NCBI RefSeq assembly: GCF_009914755.1
Contig: NC_060945.1
DNA from: the human T2T-CHM13v2.0 reference genome, Homo sapiens
DNA: 64,000 bases
Reading direction: 5' to 3' (one strand)
In this document: positions 1 through 10,052 of the stretch, in pieces
Layout: each line of letters starts with the position of its first letter
Position numbering within the stretch: position 1 is the first letter of the stretch
The notes under the pieces: model-generated
Told to the model about the DNA's origin: nothing
The model's database searches: none
The model's input: only the letters and a program-made list of their open reading frames with translations
Made by a program: the position numbers and the translations under genes

Positions 1-90
1 GTTAGTCTCAAACTCCTGTCCTCTATCCAGCCTCCCACCTTGGTCTTCAGAAGTCCTGGGATTACAGGCTTGAGCCACTGTGCTCACTCC
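1..90 (-). mobile_element. Alu left-arm fragment (cut by window edge)
   Basis: GGGATTACAGGCTTGAGCCACTGTGC, the reverse-complemented Alu 5' end. Confidence 0.8.
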
Positions 91-618
91 TATAATTTGA
101 TGTTTTCAACAATACTATGTAGTGAAATGCATCACGAAGACATTTTGCAAAAGAAAGCTCACTATCACATATAAAGTTGTATACTTGTCATGTGCTCACG
201 TGAGCGCATGTTCTTGCCTGTCTGAATGTTTTCTGAGAACTGATCATCTTTTCCCCAGGGACACTGGTTGAAGAGCTGCGGGGATTGTCTGGGAGGGTGT
301 CTCGGGCCCGGAAACGTAATCCAGGAGAGATCAGAAGACCGGCGACCCCATGGGCCTCCATCTCTTTCTCCTTCCTTGACAACCCCTAAACCAGTGACCC
401 CACTCATTCCAGGCTGGAACGTCGTTCGGTTGTCATTTGGCGTCACCTAGCGGTCACTGTTATTGAAAATGGAGGCATCACACCAAAACTTCTGGCCGCC
501 CGCGCACAGCCAGGGAAAACTGGTTTCTCTCGGGCCCCACCCTGACCTCAGATGCACTCCTTCTGTCCCTCCCCCAATGCCTTGTTGCCTAGGAAACCTC
601 CACCCTGGCTGGGAATGC

Positions 619-924
<306 letters not shown>

Positions 925-1012
925 TATCATTTGTTTTTCTTTCTTCCTTTTTTTTTTTTTTTTTTTTTTTAGTAAGCATGAACAGTTCTACCTGGGTTTT
1001 AAAAATTGTGTG

Positions 1013-1581
1013 TGTGAAAGAAAAATAAATCTTGAGGCTTCCAAATCACTAAAGTAAAGGGAAAAGTCAAGCTGGCAACTGTTTAGGGCCAACCTGCCAT
1101 TCTATTCAAAGTCACTCCTCTGCTCTTTTCTCTTTTTTTTTTTCTTTTTTGAGATGGAGTCTCGCTCAGATGCTCAAGCTGGAGCCCAGTGGAGCAATCT
1201 CGGCTCACTGCAACATTCGCCTCCTGGTTTCAAGCGATAAATGTATATTTGATTGCCTCCTTTGGAGAGGCTAATTAGAAACTCCAAAGAATGCAACCAT
1301 TTGTCTCTTAACTACCTTTGACCAGGAAGTCCCCTCCTCACTTTCAGTCTTCCCGCGTTTGCTAATTTGTCCCGCCTTTGCAGACCGAACCAATGTTCAT
1401 CTTGCATACTTTGATTGATGTCTCATGTCTCCCTAGAATGTATAAAACGATAATGTTCTCTGTTTACCTTAGGCACATGTCCTCAGAACCTCCTGAGGCT
1501 GTCACGGGTATGCGTCCTGAACCTTGGTTACGTAAACTTTCTAAATTAACTGAGACCTCTCTCAAGTTTTCAGGGTTCACA
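1013..1581 (+). mobile_element. MER4A-family ERV1 solo LTR, interrupted by an Alu fragment
   Basis: Starts TGTGAAAGAAAAATAAATCTTG...GGGAAAAGTCAAGCTGG and ends TAAACTTTCTAAATTAACTGAGACC...GGGTTCACA, with TG...CA termini. Recognised from memory of the MER4A consensus; subfamily not verified. Confidence 0.8.
1126..1237 (-). mobile_element. Alu 3' fragment (~110 bp) inside the LTR
   Basis: poly-T followed by GAGATGGAGTCTCGCT...CTCGGCTCACTGCAAC...TTCAAGCGAT. Confidence 0.88.
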
Positions 1582-1923
1582 ACGGAAAGTGCATTGTAGC
1601 TCCACCCTAGGGCTTATCATTAAGAAAAACTATCCTATATCTCTGCAGATACAGTCAAACCGGTTGTATGTAAACTGTATGAAACTAAATGCACTTATTA
1701 CAAGTAAATGAATAAATGCTGAGAAAAAAAATCATGAACCGCTCACCTTTCAAAGAAGCAATAATACTATGAATTATGTGTAATTTCCAGAGTCAGCTAG
1801 TTTCAAAATTGTCCCCACTAAACTTGGAAAGGTTCCAGAGTGAGCTATTGTGCCTCCAGCCTTTGCTCCTCCCCCTTCTTTCCCCTGCGCCCTCCCCTCA
1901 ACCTTTGCCGGCAATCACATTCT

Positions 1924-2892
1924 CTGATTCTGCAAAAGCAGGTGGGAGCCCTAGAGAGAGTTCTCGTTTTTTTTTTTTTTTTTTTTTTTTCTTTTTTGAG
2001 ATGGAGTCTCGCTTAGAGGCTCAGGATGGAGCCCAATGGAGCAATCTCGGCTCACTGCAACATCCGCTTCCTGGTTTCAGGCGATTCTACTGCCTCAGCC
2101 TACCGAGGAGCTGGGTTAACAGGCACCCGTTATTATGCCCAGCTAATTTTTGTATTTTCATAGAGACAGGGTTTAACCATGTTGGCCACGCTGGACTCGA
2201 ACTCCTGCCATCAGGTGATCTGTCAGCCTCAGCCTTTCAATGTGCCGAGATTACAGGCGTGAGCCACTGTGGCCAGCGAGTTCTCTTTTCTTTGTGAAGG
2301 GCAAGGCAAAGTGGAATGGATTCATCTAAAAGCGGAGTGCATGCCCTGGAAAACATCATGGTTAGACCCATGTGAGACAGGTTAGTTTTACTGCGTGTGT
2401 TCTCCATGTGTTGTTGCCCATGTGTTGCTACCATGGTAATCCTGCTGAGTATGAGAGGAATCAAAGTTTCACACATTTGGTGTATGTGCTTGACTGAGGA
2501 ACCAATGGGGTGAAGCTACCATCTGTGGGATTATGACTGAACGCCTCTAAATCAGAATCCCGCCCAGAAGAAAGGATGCAGCAGCGCTGGCAAGACTCGG
2601 TTGGCCTCAGATAGCCAGTCCCCAGCCTTTGCCACCGGCCGGACGCTCCGCCCCGCTGTGCGCCAAGACCTTGCTCCGGTCTTATCATCCTAAAAAACGG
2701 GGTGCGGCCCCCCATCCTAAAAAACGGGGTGCGGCCAGAAAGGCGTTTGCTCCCTGGCCCGTCACATAACATGCTCATGGGGAATCTGATACTAAACTAT
2801 TGGTAAACGCCCTGCTTCTGGGTCAGGGTTTCCTATGGAGCAGAGCAACTCCCTCACTGCAACCTATTGAAAGTCAGCCCTCCACACAAGGG
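1924..2892 (+). pseudogene. Diverged 28S rRNA pseudogene (3' part; Alu insertion and ~1.84-kb internal deletion)
   Basis: 1924-1965 and 2278-2363 align to live 28S ~22555-22675. 2364-2892 aligns to 24512-25042 (e.g. GAAGCTACCATCTGTGGGATTATGACTGAACGCCTCTAA; CTATTGAAAGTCAGCCCTC.ACACAAGGG). Many CpG>TpG/CpA changes. Confidence 0.95.
1967..2277 (-). mobile_element. Full-length Alu inserted in the 28S pseudogene
   Basis: Flanked by target-site duplication GAGTTCTC (1958-1965 and 2278-2285), which is 28S sequence. Confidence 0.92.
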
Positions 2893-3870
2893 GCTCTCAA
2901 CCAGTGTGCGGGAAAGCTAGCGTTGTGGCGTGTCCTGTATAATTCAGCCCTGGACCTCTACCTTCCTTCTTCCCTCCTTTTGCCCCCGGGGACTTAGTTC
3001 CCGGGCCTGCTCAGGCCCCCCGCCCCGGAGCCCCAGGGCATGCAGGGCTGTCTCTCGCGAGATAACATTGGCGTCGGCCGTGCATTTGGGAGGGGTCGTT
3101 CCCCAACAGCAGGCTTTCCAAGATGCAGCGCTGGGGGTTGCGAGGTAGGGTTGGCGCCCCTGCTCGATGTTCCACCTCTCTGATTGAGCTTCTTTCTCCC
3201 ATCCCGCTGGGAATTCCTCCACGAGTTGGGACCGGATTCTTCGAGCCTCGTGCGAATGGCTGAGGCGCGGGTGTCAGAGGTTTTGCCCCTGCAGTCCCTG
3301 CCTGAGTAGTGTTCGCGCGATGCCCGTGGGTGGCTGTTGGGGTCACAGTCCCTCTCCCCGCCTCAGGGGTGCTGGGATGAAAGACTAGCTAGTCACTACC
3401 CTTGTGTCTTTACTCCTCTTCTCTGTCCGGGTCAACCAGCGGACTGCGGGGAAATGGCTGGCAGGTCTGCCAAGTTAGACGGCCTCAAACCTGGGCCGGT
3501 TCTGTGTGATAAGGTTCCAACTGCGTCTGATCGCTTCCCTCCGCGAGCACCACATTTGGTCTTTAGGGTGGACCCTGTCGATTAGATGCTGGCGTTTGGC
3601 TTCCCGATCAGCCCGCGAATCAGCCGACTGCGGGAAGCAAGCAACATCCAGTTGACACGGCCGCGGGCTTCTCTGTCTGGAAGACCTGGGACCAGGGCCT
3701 AAGGCCCCAGTCCTCAGGTCTCTGGTCGCCGTGCCCACCTGATGTCCGCGGCAAGCGTTGGACTTGACCGTCAACTTGGGATTTCTAAGGTAGACCAGAT
3801 AACTTTGGTCAGCAGCAGTACCGCCCGCATTCACTAGGTGTCGCTTTTTCCTTGCGTTGTTTCTTCCTCT
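2893..3870 (+). pseudogene. Putative fossil 3'ETS and Pol I terminator (Sal box) array
   Basis: GC-rich stretch after the pseudo-28S end. 3429-3450 matches live T1 context 25436-25457 at 19/22. Further degenerate Sal-like boxes at 3566, ~3650 and 3788. Confidence 0.7.
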
Positions 3871-3989
3871 CCAACTGTTTCCACAGTACTTTCAGTTTCT
3901 CTTCGTTTTGTTTTTCTTTTATTTTTCTTGCTCCTCTTTCTACACACTGAAGTTGCTGTTGTTTTACATTTACCTTTTATTTATTTGTA

Positions 3990-4853
3990 GTTTTTGAGGC
4001 AGGTTGGAGTGTAAGAATGCAATCTCGGCTTACAGCCGCCTCGACTTTCCAGGACTCCCTCAGGTGATCTTCCTATCTCAGCCTTCCAAGTGGCTGAGAC
4101 TACAGGAATCACTTAATTCTGTGATGTCGAAGCTGAAGTGAGCCGTGATGATGCCTTGCCCTCCAGTCTGAGTGTTTCAGAAGGTAAGAGAGACAGGTTA
4201 AAGAAAAAAATTCCTTGAAATAAACTGCAATTAATTGTGATCTAAATTACCTTTTATAGTTTTTCACTCCCACGAGTTTGTTTATTATTATTGCTGCTTA
4301 TTATTTCTTTGTATTATTGTTTGTCATTATTGTTATTGTTTTTATTATTTATGTAATTATTTAGAGATGGAGTCTTCCTCTATCACCCAGAGTGCAGTGC
4401 AGTGGCGCGACTTTGGGTCACTGCAGCTTCAAATGCCTGGGTTCAAATTCGCAATATGGCGAAACACCCTGTTTACTAAAATCTGTCAATGACACCTTCA
4501 GGACCGTTGGTTGTGGCGGCTGCAATTTCGGAGCCTGAGGAGGGCAGTTCGCTAGAGCTCGGGAGTTCAAGACAGCCTCGGAAACAGACTGCAGAGCATT
4601 TGTCTGACCAAGACCCGCTGCAGCCTCCACCTCCCGACCCCAAGCGATGTTCTCAACTCAGGCTCCAAAGGATCTGGGACCACAGGCGCCTGCCACCACA
4701 ATGCCCGGATTTTTTTCTTTTCTTTTCTTTTTCAGTAGAGACGGGGTCTCACTGTGTTGCCAGGGCTGGTCTCAAAGTCCTAGGCTCTAGCAATTCTTCC
4801 AACTCAGCCTCCCAAAGTGCTGGGATTATAGGTGTGAGCCACAATGCCCTGCC
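3990..4853. mobile_element. Cluster of old, fragmented Alus in both orientations
   Basis: Alu motifs at ~3990-4170, ~4360-4450 and ~4600-4853 (e.g. CTCAGCCTCCCAAAGTGCTGGGATTATAGGTGTGAGCCAC). Confidence 0.75.
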
Positions 4854-5644
4854 CTCTTTTTTATTTCCTTCATTTTTTCTCTTTTTTTCTTTCTCTTTCT
4901 TTCTGTCTTTTCTTTTTCTTCTCTCTTTTTCTTCCTCCCTTTTTTCTCTCATTTCTCATTCTTTTTTTTTCTGTTTCTATGTCTTTTGGTTTTCTTTTTC
5001 ATCTTTCTTCCCTTTACATCTCTGTCTGTCTATTTTCTTTTTCTTGATCTTCCTTACTCTCTCTTTTCTTCATTTCTTTCTTTCCATCCCTCTGTCTGTC
5101 TGTCTTTGTGTGGATTTTGGAAAATTCTCCTTATTCTGTATCTCCCTGTGTATCACAAGCCTCTGTGACTTTCACTTTGTTGTTTTTCCTCCTTGTAGCG
5201 TAAAAGGCATTCACTGCTCTTTTATTTTGATGCTCTGTGGATGTTCGAAGGGTGGGGAAAAAGTGGTCCACGAATCTGATTGGTTTCATGAGAGACACGA
5301 GAGACAAAAGAACATATGATGATTACTTCGCTAAATGCCCTGTTTATTCTTTCAACTGCACTCATACAAGTAAGGACGCAGTTGGTGGGTTGAGAGATCT
5401 CTGTGTAGTCATGACTCTGCAATTATACTTGACGAGAGCGGTGATGATGAACGGGCGGCATGGAAACCTGCCCTTCTTTGGTGTCAGTTGAGCACACTGA
5501 GAAGAGATTCACAATGGCCTGTATCTCAACCTGATGGTACTGTGTTTCTGCTCTGACCTTTAGGAATGAGAGAAGCATTCCCGTGCATTCCCGCAACGTC
5601 CTTGAAGTTTTCTTTTTAAACTTTTCGATTAACTAACGTATTTA

Positions 5645-5905
5645 TTAATTTATTTGAGATGGAGTCTTGTTCTGTTGGTCAGGCCATGGCGCAGTATCGG
5701 GCCACTGCAACCTCCGCCTCCCAGGTTCCAGCGATTCTCTTGCCTTAGCCTCTCGAGTAGCTGGGATAACCGGCACGTGCCACCATACCCAGCTAACTTT
5801 TACCTTTTTAGTAAAGACAGGGTTTTCCCATGTTGCCCAGGCTGGTCTTGAACTCCAACTTCCAGGAATCCTGTGGCCTCGTCCTCCCAAAGTGCTGGGA
5901 GATCC
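5645..5905 (-). mobile_element. Alu
   Basis: TTTGAGATGGAGTCTTG...CTCCCAAAGTGCTGGGA. Confidence 0.85.
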
Positions 5906-6000
5906 CAGGTCATCAGACTCGAGAAAGAATGTTGGTTGATATAGAAAGGCGAGACACACTGCGCCCGACCCAAATTGCTATTTTTAAAAATAAACCAGTA

Positions 6001-6292
6001 GGCTGGGTGCAGTGGGTCACTCCTCTCATCTCAGCAGTTTGCTAGGCGGATGTGGGAGGATTACGAGGTCAGGAGTTTGAGACCAGCCTGGCCAACATAG
6101 TCAAACTCTGTCTGTATGAAGAATACAAAAATTAACCAGGTGTGGTGTCACGCACCTCTACTCCCAGCTACTCTATATGCTGAGGTAGTAGAATCTGTTG
6201 AAGCCGGGAGATGGAGATTGCAGTCAGCCCAGATCATGCCACTGGACTCCAGCTTGGGTGACAGAGTCAGATTCCATCTAAAAAAAAAAAAA
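6001..6292 (+). mobile_element. Alu, full length with poly-A
   Basis: GGCTGGGTGCAGTGG...GAGGTCAGGAGTTTGAGACCAGCCTGGCCAAC...A tail. Confidence 0.9.
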
Positions 6293-6954
6293 GTAATTAA
6301 AAATAAGTGAGTTTCCAAGAAGAAATAGAAACCCGCAGTGACACAAACATATGCATCTCACCTTTCGAGGCAGCAATGACACTACAAACTTGTAAACTCA
6401 GTTCATTTCTTGACTGCGGACCATGGGTATTTGTGATGCTTCCTCTTGGAACATAGTTCTGTGTGACACCATACCCAGCTAACATTTGCCTTTTTAGTAG
6501 TCAGAATTTTGCTATATTGCCCAGACTGCTCTTGAACTCATGAACTCCAGGTATCTGCCCGCCCAAAAAAAAGAGTTGTGATGAAAGGAGACACACAGAT
6601 GGATTTCAGCCCTTAAAATGGTGCATGCTGCCACATTTCACAGATCTTCCCTGGGCCTTACTGGTATTTGCCCAACATAGAAATGCTTTCTAAAAAGTGA
6701 CAATTTGCTTACATAATATTTCCACAAGCGATGCCTTGGTCTGTGTTTGTTTTTACGTTTTGTTTTGTTTGTAGTTTTTACTTTACTTATCTCTTTTCAG
6801 TTGAAGTAGATTTTACCAATTTTAGGAAGATGTGTATTTTCCCGAAAACCTGTTAGCTGGTGTTTTCTTCGGTCATTAAGTAGCGATTTTCGGAATCTCT
6901 CAAGGTACAGTGAGAGCCGATTGGTATAAACTATACTTCATAAAATCTTCTTTC

Positions 6955-7272
6955 CTTTTCATTTTTTTTTTTTTTTTTTTTTGTCTTTCAGGTGGAGTTT
7001 CGCTCTTATTGCCCAGGCTGGAGTTCAGTGGCGCGACCTCAGCTCACCGCAACCTCTGCCGCTTGTGTTCAAGAGATTTTCCAGTCTTCACCCTTTCGAG
7101 TAGCTGAAACCACAGGCAAACACCTCCAGGCCTGGCTAATTTTTTTTTTTTTTCATAGAGACTAGGTAGCTCCATAATGGTCAGGCTGGTCTAGAACACC
7201 CAACCTGAGGCGTACCACCCAACTTGACCACCCAAAGTGCTGAGATTAAAGGCGTGAGCTCCGCGTCTGGCC
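6955..7272 (-). mobile_element. Alu
   Basis: poly-T...GGAGTTTCGCTCTT...CCCAAAGTGCTGAGATTAAAGGCGTGAGC. Confidence 0.88.
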
Positions 7273-7664
7273 ATAACATCTTATCCTATAGAAGCCCAGA
7301 GAGGTTAGGTATGTAGTCCCTGAGACCAGCCTTCCTTGGATGAACTCCAAAGTGATGGCTGAGGATTAGGGAGTGTGGGGGGGGGGCTGGAAAGTCGGTC
7401 CCCTATTGTTGCTACCTAGGCCATGACATCCCCAGACTCCCATCGCCTGCTCACCGTTTGAGATTCCCCCCCACCACCGCCTTGGTGGCTGAACTCTTAC
7501 TTTAATTTCTGTCTTTCTTCGTTTGTTGGGTTTCAGGAGGGGGTGCAGGAAAGACGGTGTGCGTGGGGAGGGGGTGTAGGGTGGGGATGGAGGGGAGCGT
7601 CCTAAGGGTCGATGTAGTGTCATGCCTCTTTCATCACCACCACCGAAGATGAAACAATAATCAT

Positions 7665-7940
7665 CTAAATACCGCGTGTTCTCACACATAAGTGGGAACT
7701 ACATAATGAGAATGCATGCGAAGAACTAGGGGGACGAGAGACGCAGGAGCCTACCTGAGGGAGGACGTGTGGAAGGACAGACAGCTTCAGGACAAAGCAA
7801 AACGAGCAGAACACAAAAACTGCAGGGGACTGCGCTGAGAATCCGGGTGAGGAAATCATCGGCACACTGAACCCCCTACTCAGAAGTTTACCTATGAAAC
7901 AATCTTGCACATGTATGCTTCAAAAACAAATAACAGTTAG
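7665..7940 (+). mobile_element. Old L1 3'UTR fragment (diverged paralogue of the one in the IGS long repeats)
   Basis: ACCGCGTGTTCTCAC..ATAAGTGGGA...GGGTGA.GAAAT.ATC...AAGTTTACCTATG.AACAA..TTGCACATGTA. Confidence 0.75.
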
Positions 7941-8081
7941 GGAAGAAAGAGAGAGAGAGAGAAAGAGAGAGAGACAAGTAAAATAAAGCACCACCTCCTT
8001 GACCTGACTCAGGGCGTTTGGGGTCTTCTGGGGAAATGTTCTGAAACAATGGAGTATTTTGGTCTGTTCTTTCTTGTGTCT

Positions 8082-8296
8082 TTTTTTTTTTTTTAAGACG
8101 GACTCTCGCTCAGCCACCCAGGCTGGAATGCAGTGGTGCACTGGGTTCACTGCAGCAAATATCTCCCGGGTTGAAGCGATTCTCCAGTCTCATCCTACTG
8201 AGTGGCCGGGATTACAGTCACGCGCCATAATGCCCTGCTAATTTTTGAACATTAGTAGAGAAGGGGTATTGCCATGCTTGCGACGCTGGACTTGAA
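8082..8296 (-). mobile_element. Alu truncated at the DJ/rDNA breakpoint
   Basis: poly-T, CCCAGGCTGGAATGCAGTGG...GGGATTACAG...; ends mid left arm at CTGGACTTGAA. Confidence 0.8.
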
Positions 8297-8747
8297 GGCA
8301 AAATGAAAATGAAAATGAAACGCAACAAAATAATTAAAAAGTGAGTTTCTGGGGAAAAAGAAGAAAAGAAAAAAGAAAAAAACAACAAAACAGAACAACC
8401 CCACCGTGACGTACACATACGCCTCTCGCCTTTCGAGGCCTCAAACACGTTAGGAATTATGCGTGATTTCTTTTTTTAACTTCATTTTATGTTATTATCG
8501 TGATTTATGTTTCGAGACGGAGTCTCGGAGGCCCGCCCTCCCTGGTTGCCCAGACAACCCCGGGAGACAGACCCTGGCTGGGCCCGATTGTTCTTCTCCT
8601 TGGTCAGGGGTTTCCTTGTCTTTCTTCGTGTCTTTAACCCGCGTGGACTCTTCCGCTCGGGTTTGACAGATGGCAGCTCCACTTTAGGCCTTGTTGTTGT
8701 TGGGGACTTTCCTGATTCTCCCCAGATGTAGTGAAAGCAGGTAGATT

Positions 8748-8777
8748 TGCCTTGCCTGGCCTTGCCTGGCCTTGCCT
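8748..8777 (+). promoter_or_regulatory. p53 RGC response element, variant copy
   Basis: TGCCTTGCCTGGCCTTGCCTGGCCTTGCCT; differs from the classical RGC site (present at 53453) by A>C at 8760. Confidence 0.85.
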
Positions 8778-8832
8778 TTTCTTTCTTTCTTTCTTTCTTT
8801 ATTACTTTCTCTTTTTCTTCTTCTTCTTCTTC

Positions 8833-9121
8833 TTTTTTTTGAGACAGAGTTTCACTCTTGTTGCCCAGGCTAGAGGGCAATGGCGCGATCTCGGCTCACC
8901 GCACCCTCCGCCTCCCAGGTTCAAGCGATTCTCCTGCCTCAGCCTCCTGATTAGCTGGGATTACAGGCATGGGCCACCGTGCCTGGCTGATGTTTGTACT
9001 TTTAGTAGAGACGGTGTTTTTCCATGTTGGTCAGGCTGGTCTCCCACTCCCAACCTCAGGTGGTCCGCCTGCCTTAGCCTCCCAAAGTGCTGGGATGACA
9101 GGCGTGAGCCACCGCGCCCAG

Positions 9122-9122
<1 letters not shown>
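8833..9122 (-). mobile_element. IGS Alu (second copy at ~53583-53874)
   Basis: Full Alu body after a (CTT)n/poly-T tail. Confidence 0.92.
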
Positions 9123-9174
<52 letters not shown>

Positions 9175-9750
9175 CGCTTGCTTGCTTTCGTGCTTTCTTG
9201 CTTTCCCGTTTTCTTGCTTTCTTTCTTTCTTTCGTTTCTTTCTTGCTTGCTTTCTTGCTTGCTTGCTTGCTTTCGTGCTTTCTTGCTTTCCTGTTTTCTT
9301 TCTTTCTTTCTTTCTTTTGTTTCTTTCTTGCTTGCTTTCTTGCTTGCTTGCTTTCGTGCTTTCTTGTTTTCTCGCTTTCTTTCTTTCTTTTGTTTCTTTC
9401 CTGCTTGCTTTCTTGCTTGATTGCTTTCGTGCTTTCTTGCTTTCTTGTTTTCTTTCTTTCTTTTGTTTCTTTCTTTCTTGCTTCCTTGTTTTCTTGCTTT
9501 CTTGCTTGCTTGCTTTCGTGCTTTCTTGTTTTCTTGCTTTCTTTCTTTTGTTTCTTTCTTGCTTGCTTTCTTGCTTCCTTGTTTTCTTGCTTTCTTGCTT
9601 GCTTGCTTTCGTGCTTTCTTGCTTTCTTTTCTTTCTTTCTTTTCTTTTTCTTTCTTTCTTTCTTTCTTGCTTTCTTTTCTTTCATTCATTCCTTCTTTCT
9701 TTTCTTTCTTTCTTCCTTCCTTCCTTCCTTCCTTCCTTTCTTTCTTTCTG
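9123..9750. repeat. (CT)n plus ~90-bp CTTG/CTTT compound repeat, 6 units
   Basis: Anchor TTTCGTGC at ~9186, 9271, 9352, 9425, 9514 and 9607. Confidence 0.85.
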
Positions 9751-9759
9751 TTTCGTCCT

Positions 9760-10052
<293 letters not shown>

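Noticed and set aside
1924-2892. 28S fragment as a retroposed rRNA copy
   Set aside because: No poly-A or flanking TSD, and it continues into terminator- and IGS-like sequence that is not part of mature rRNA.
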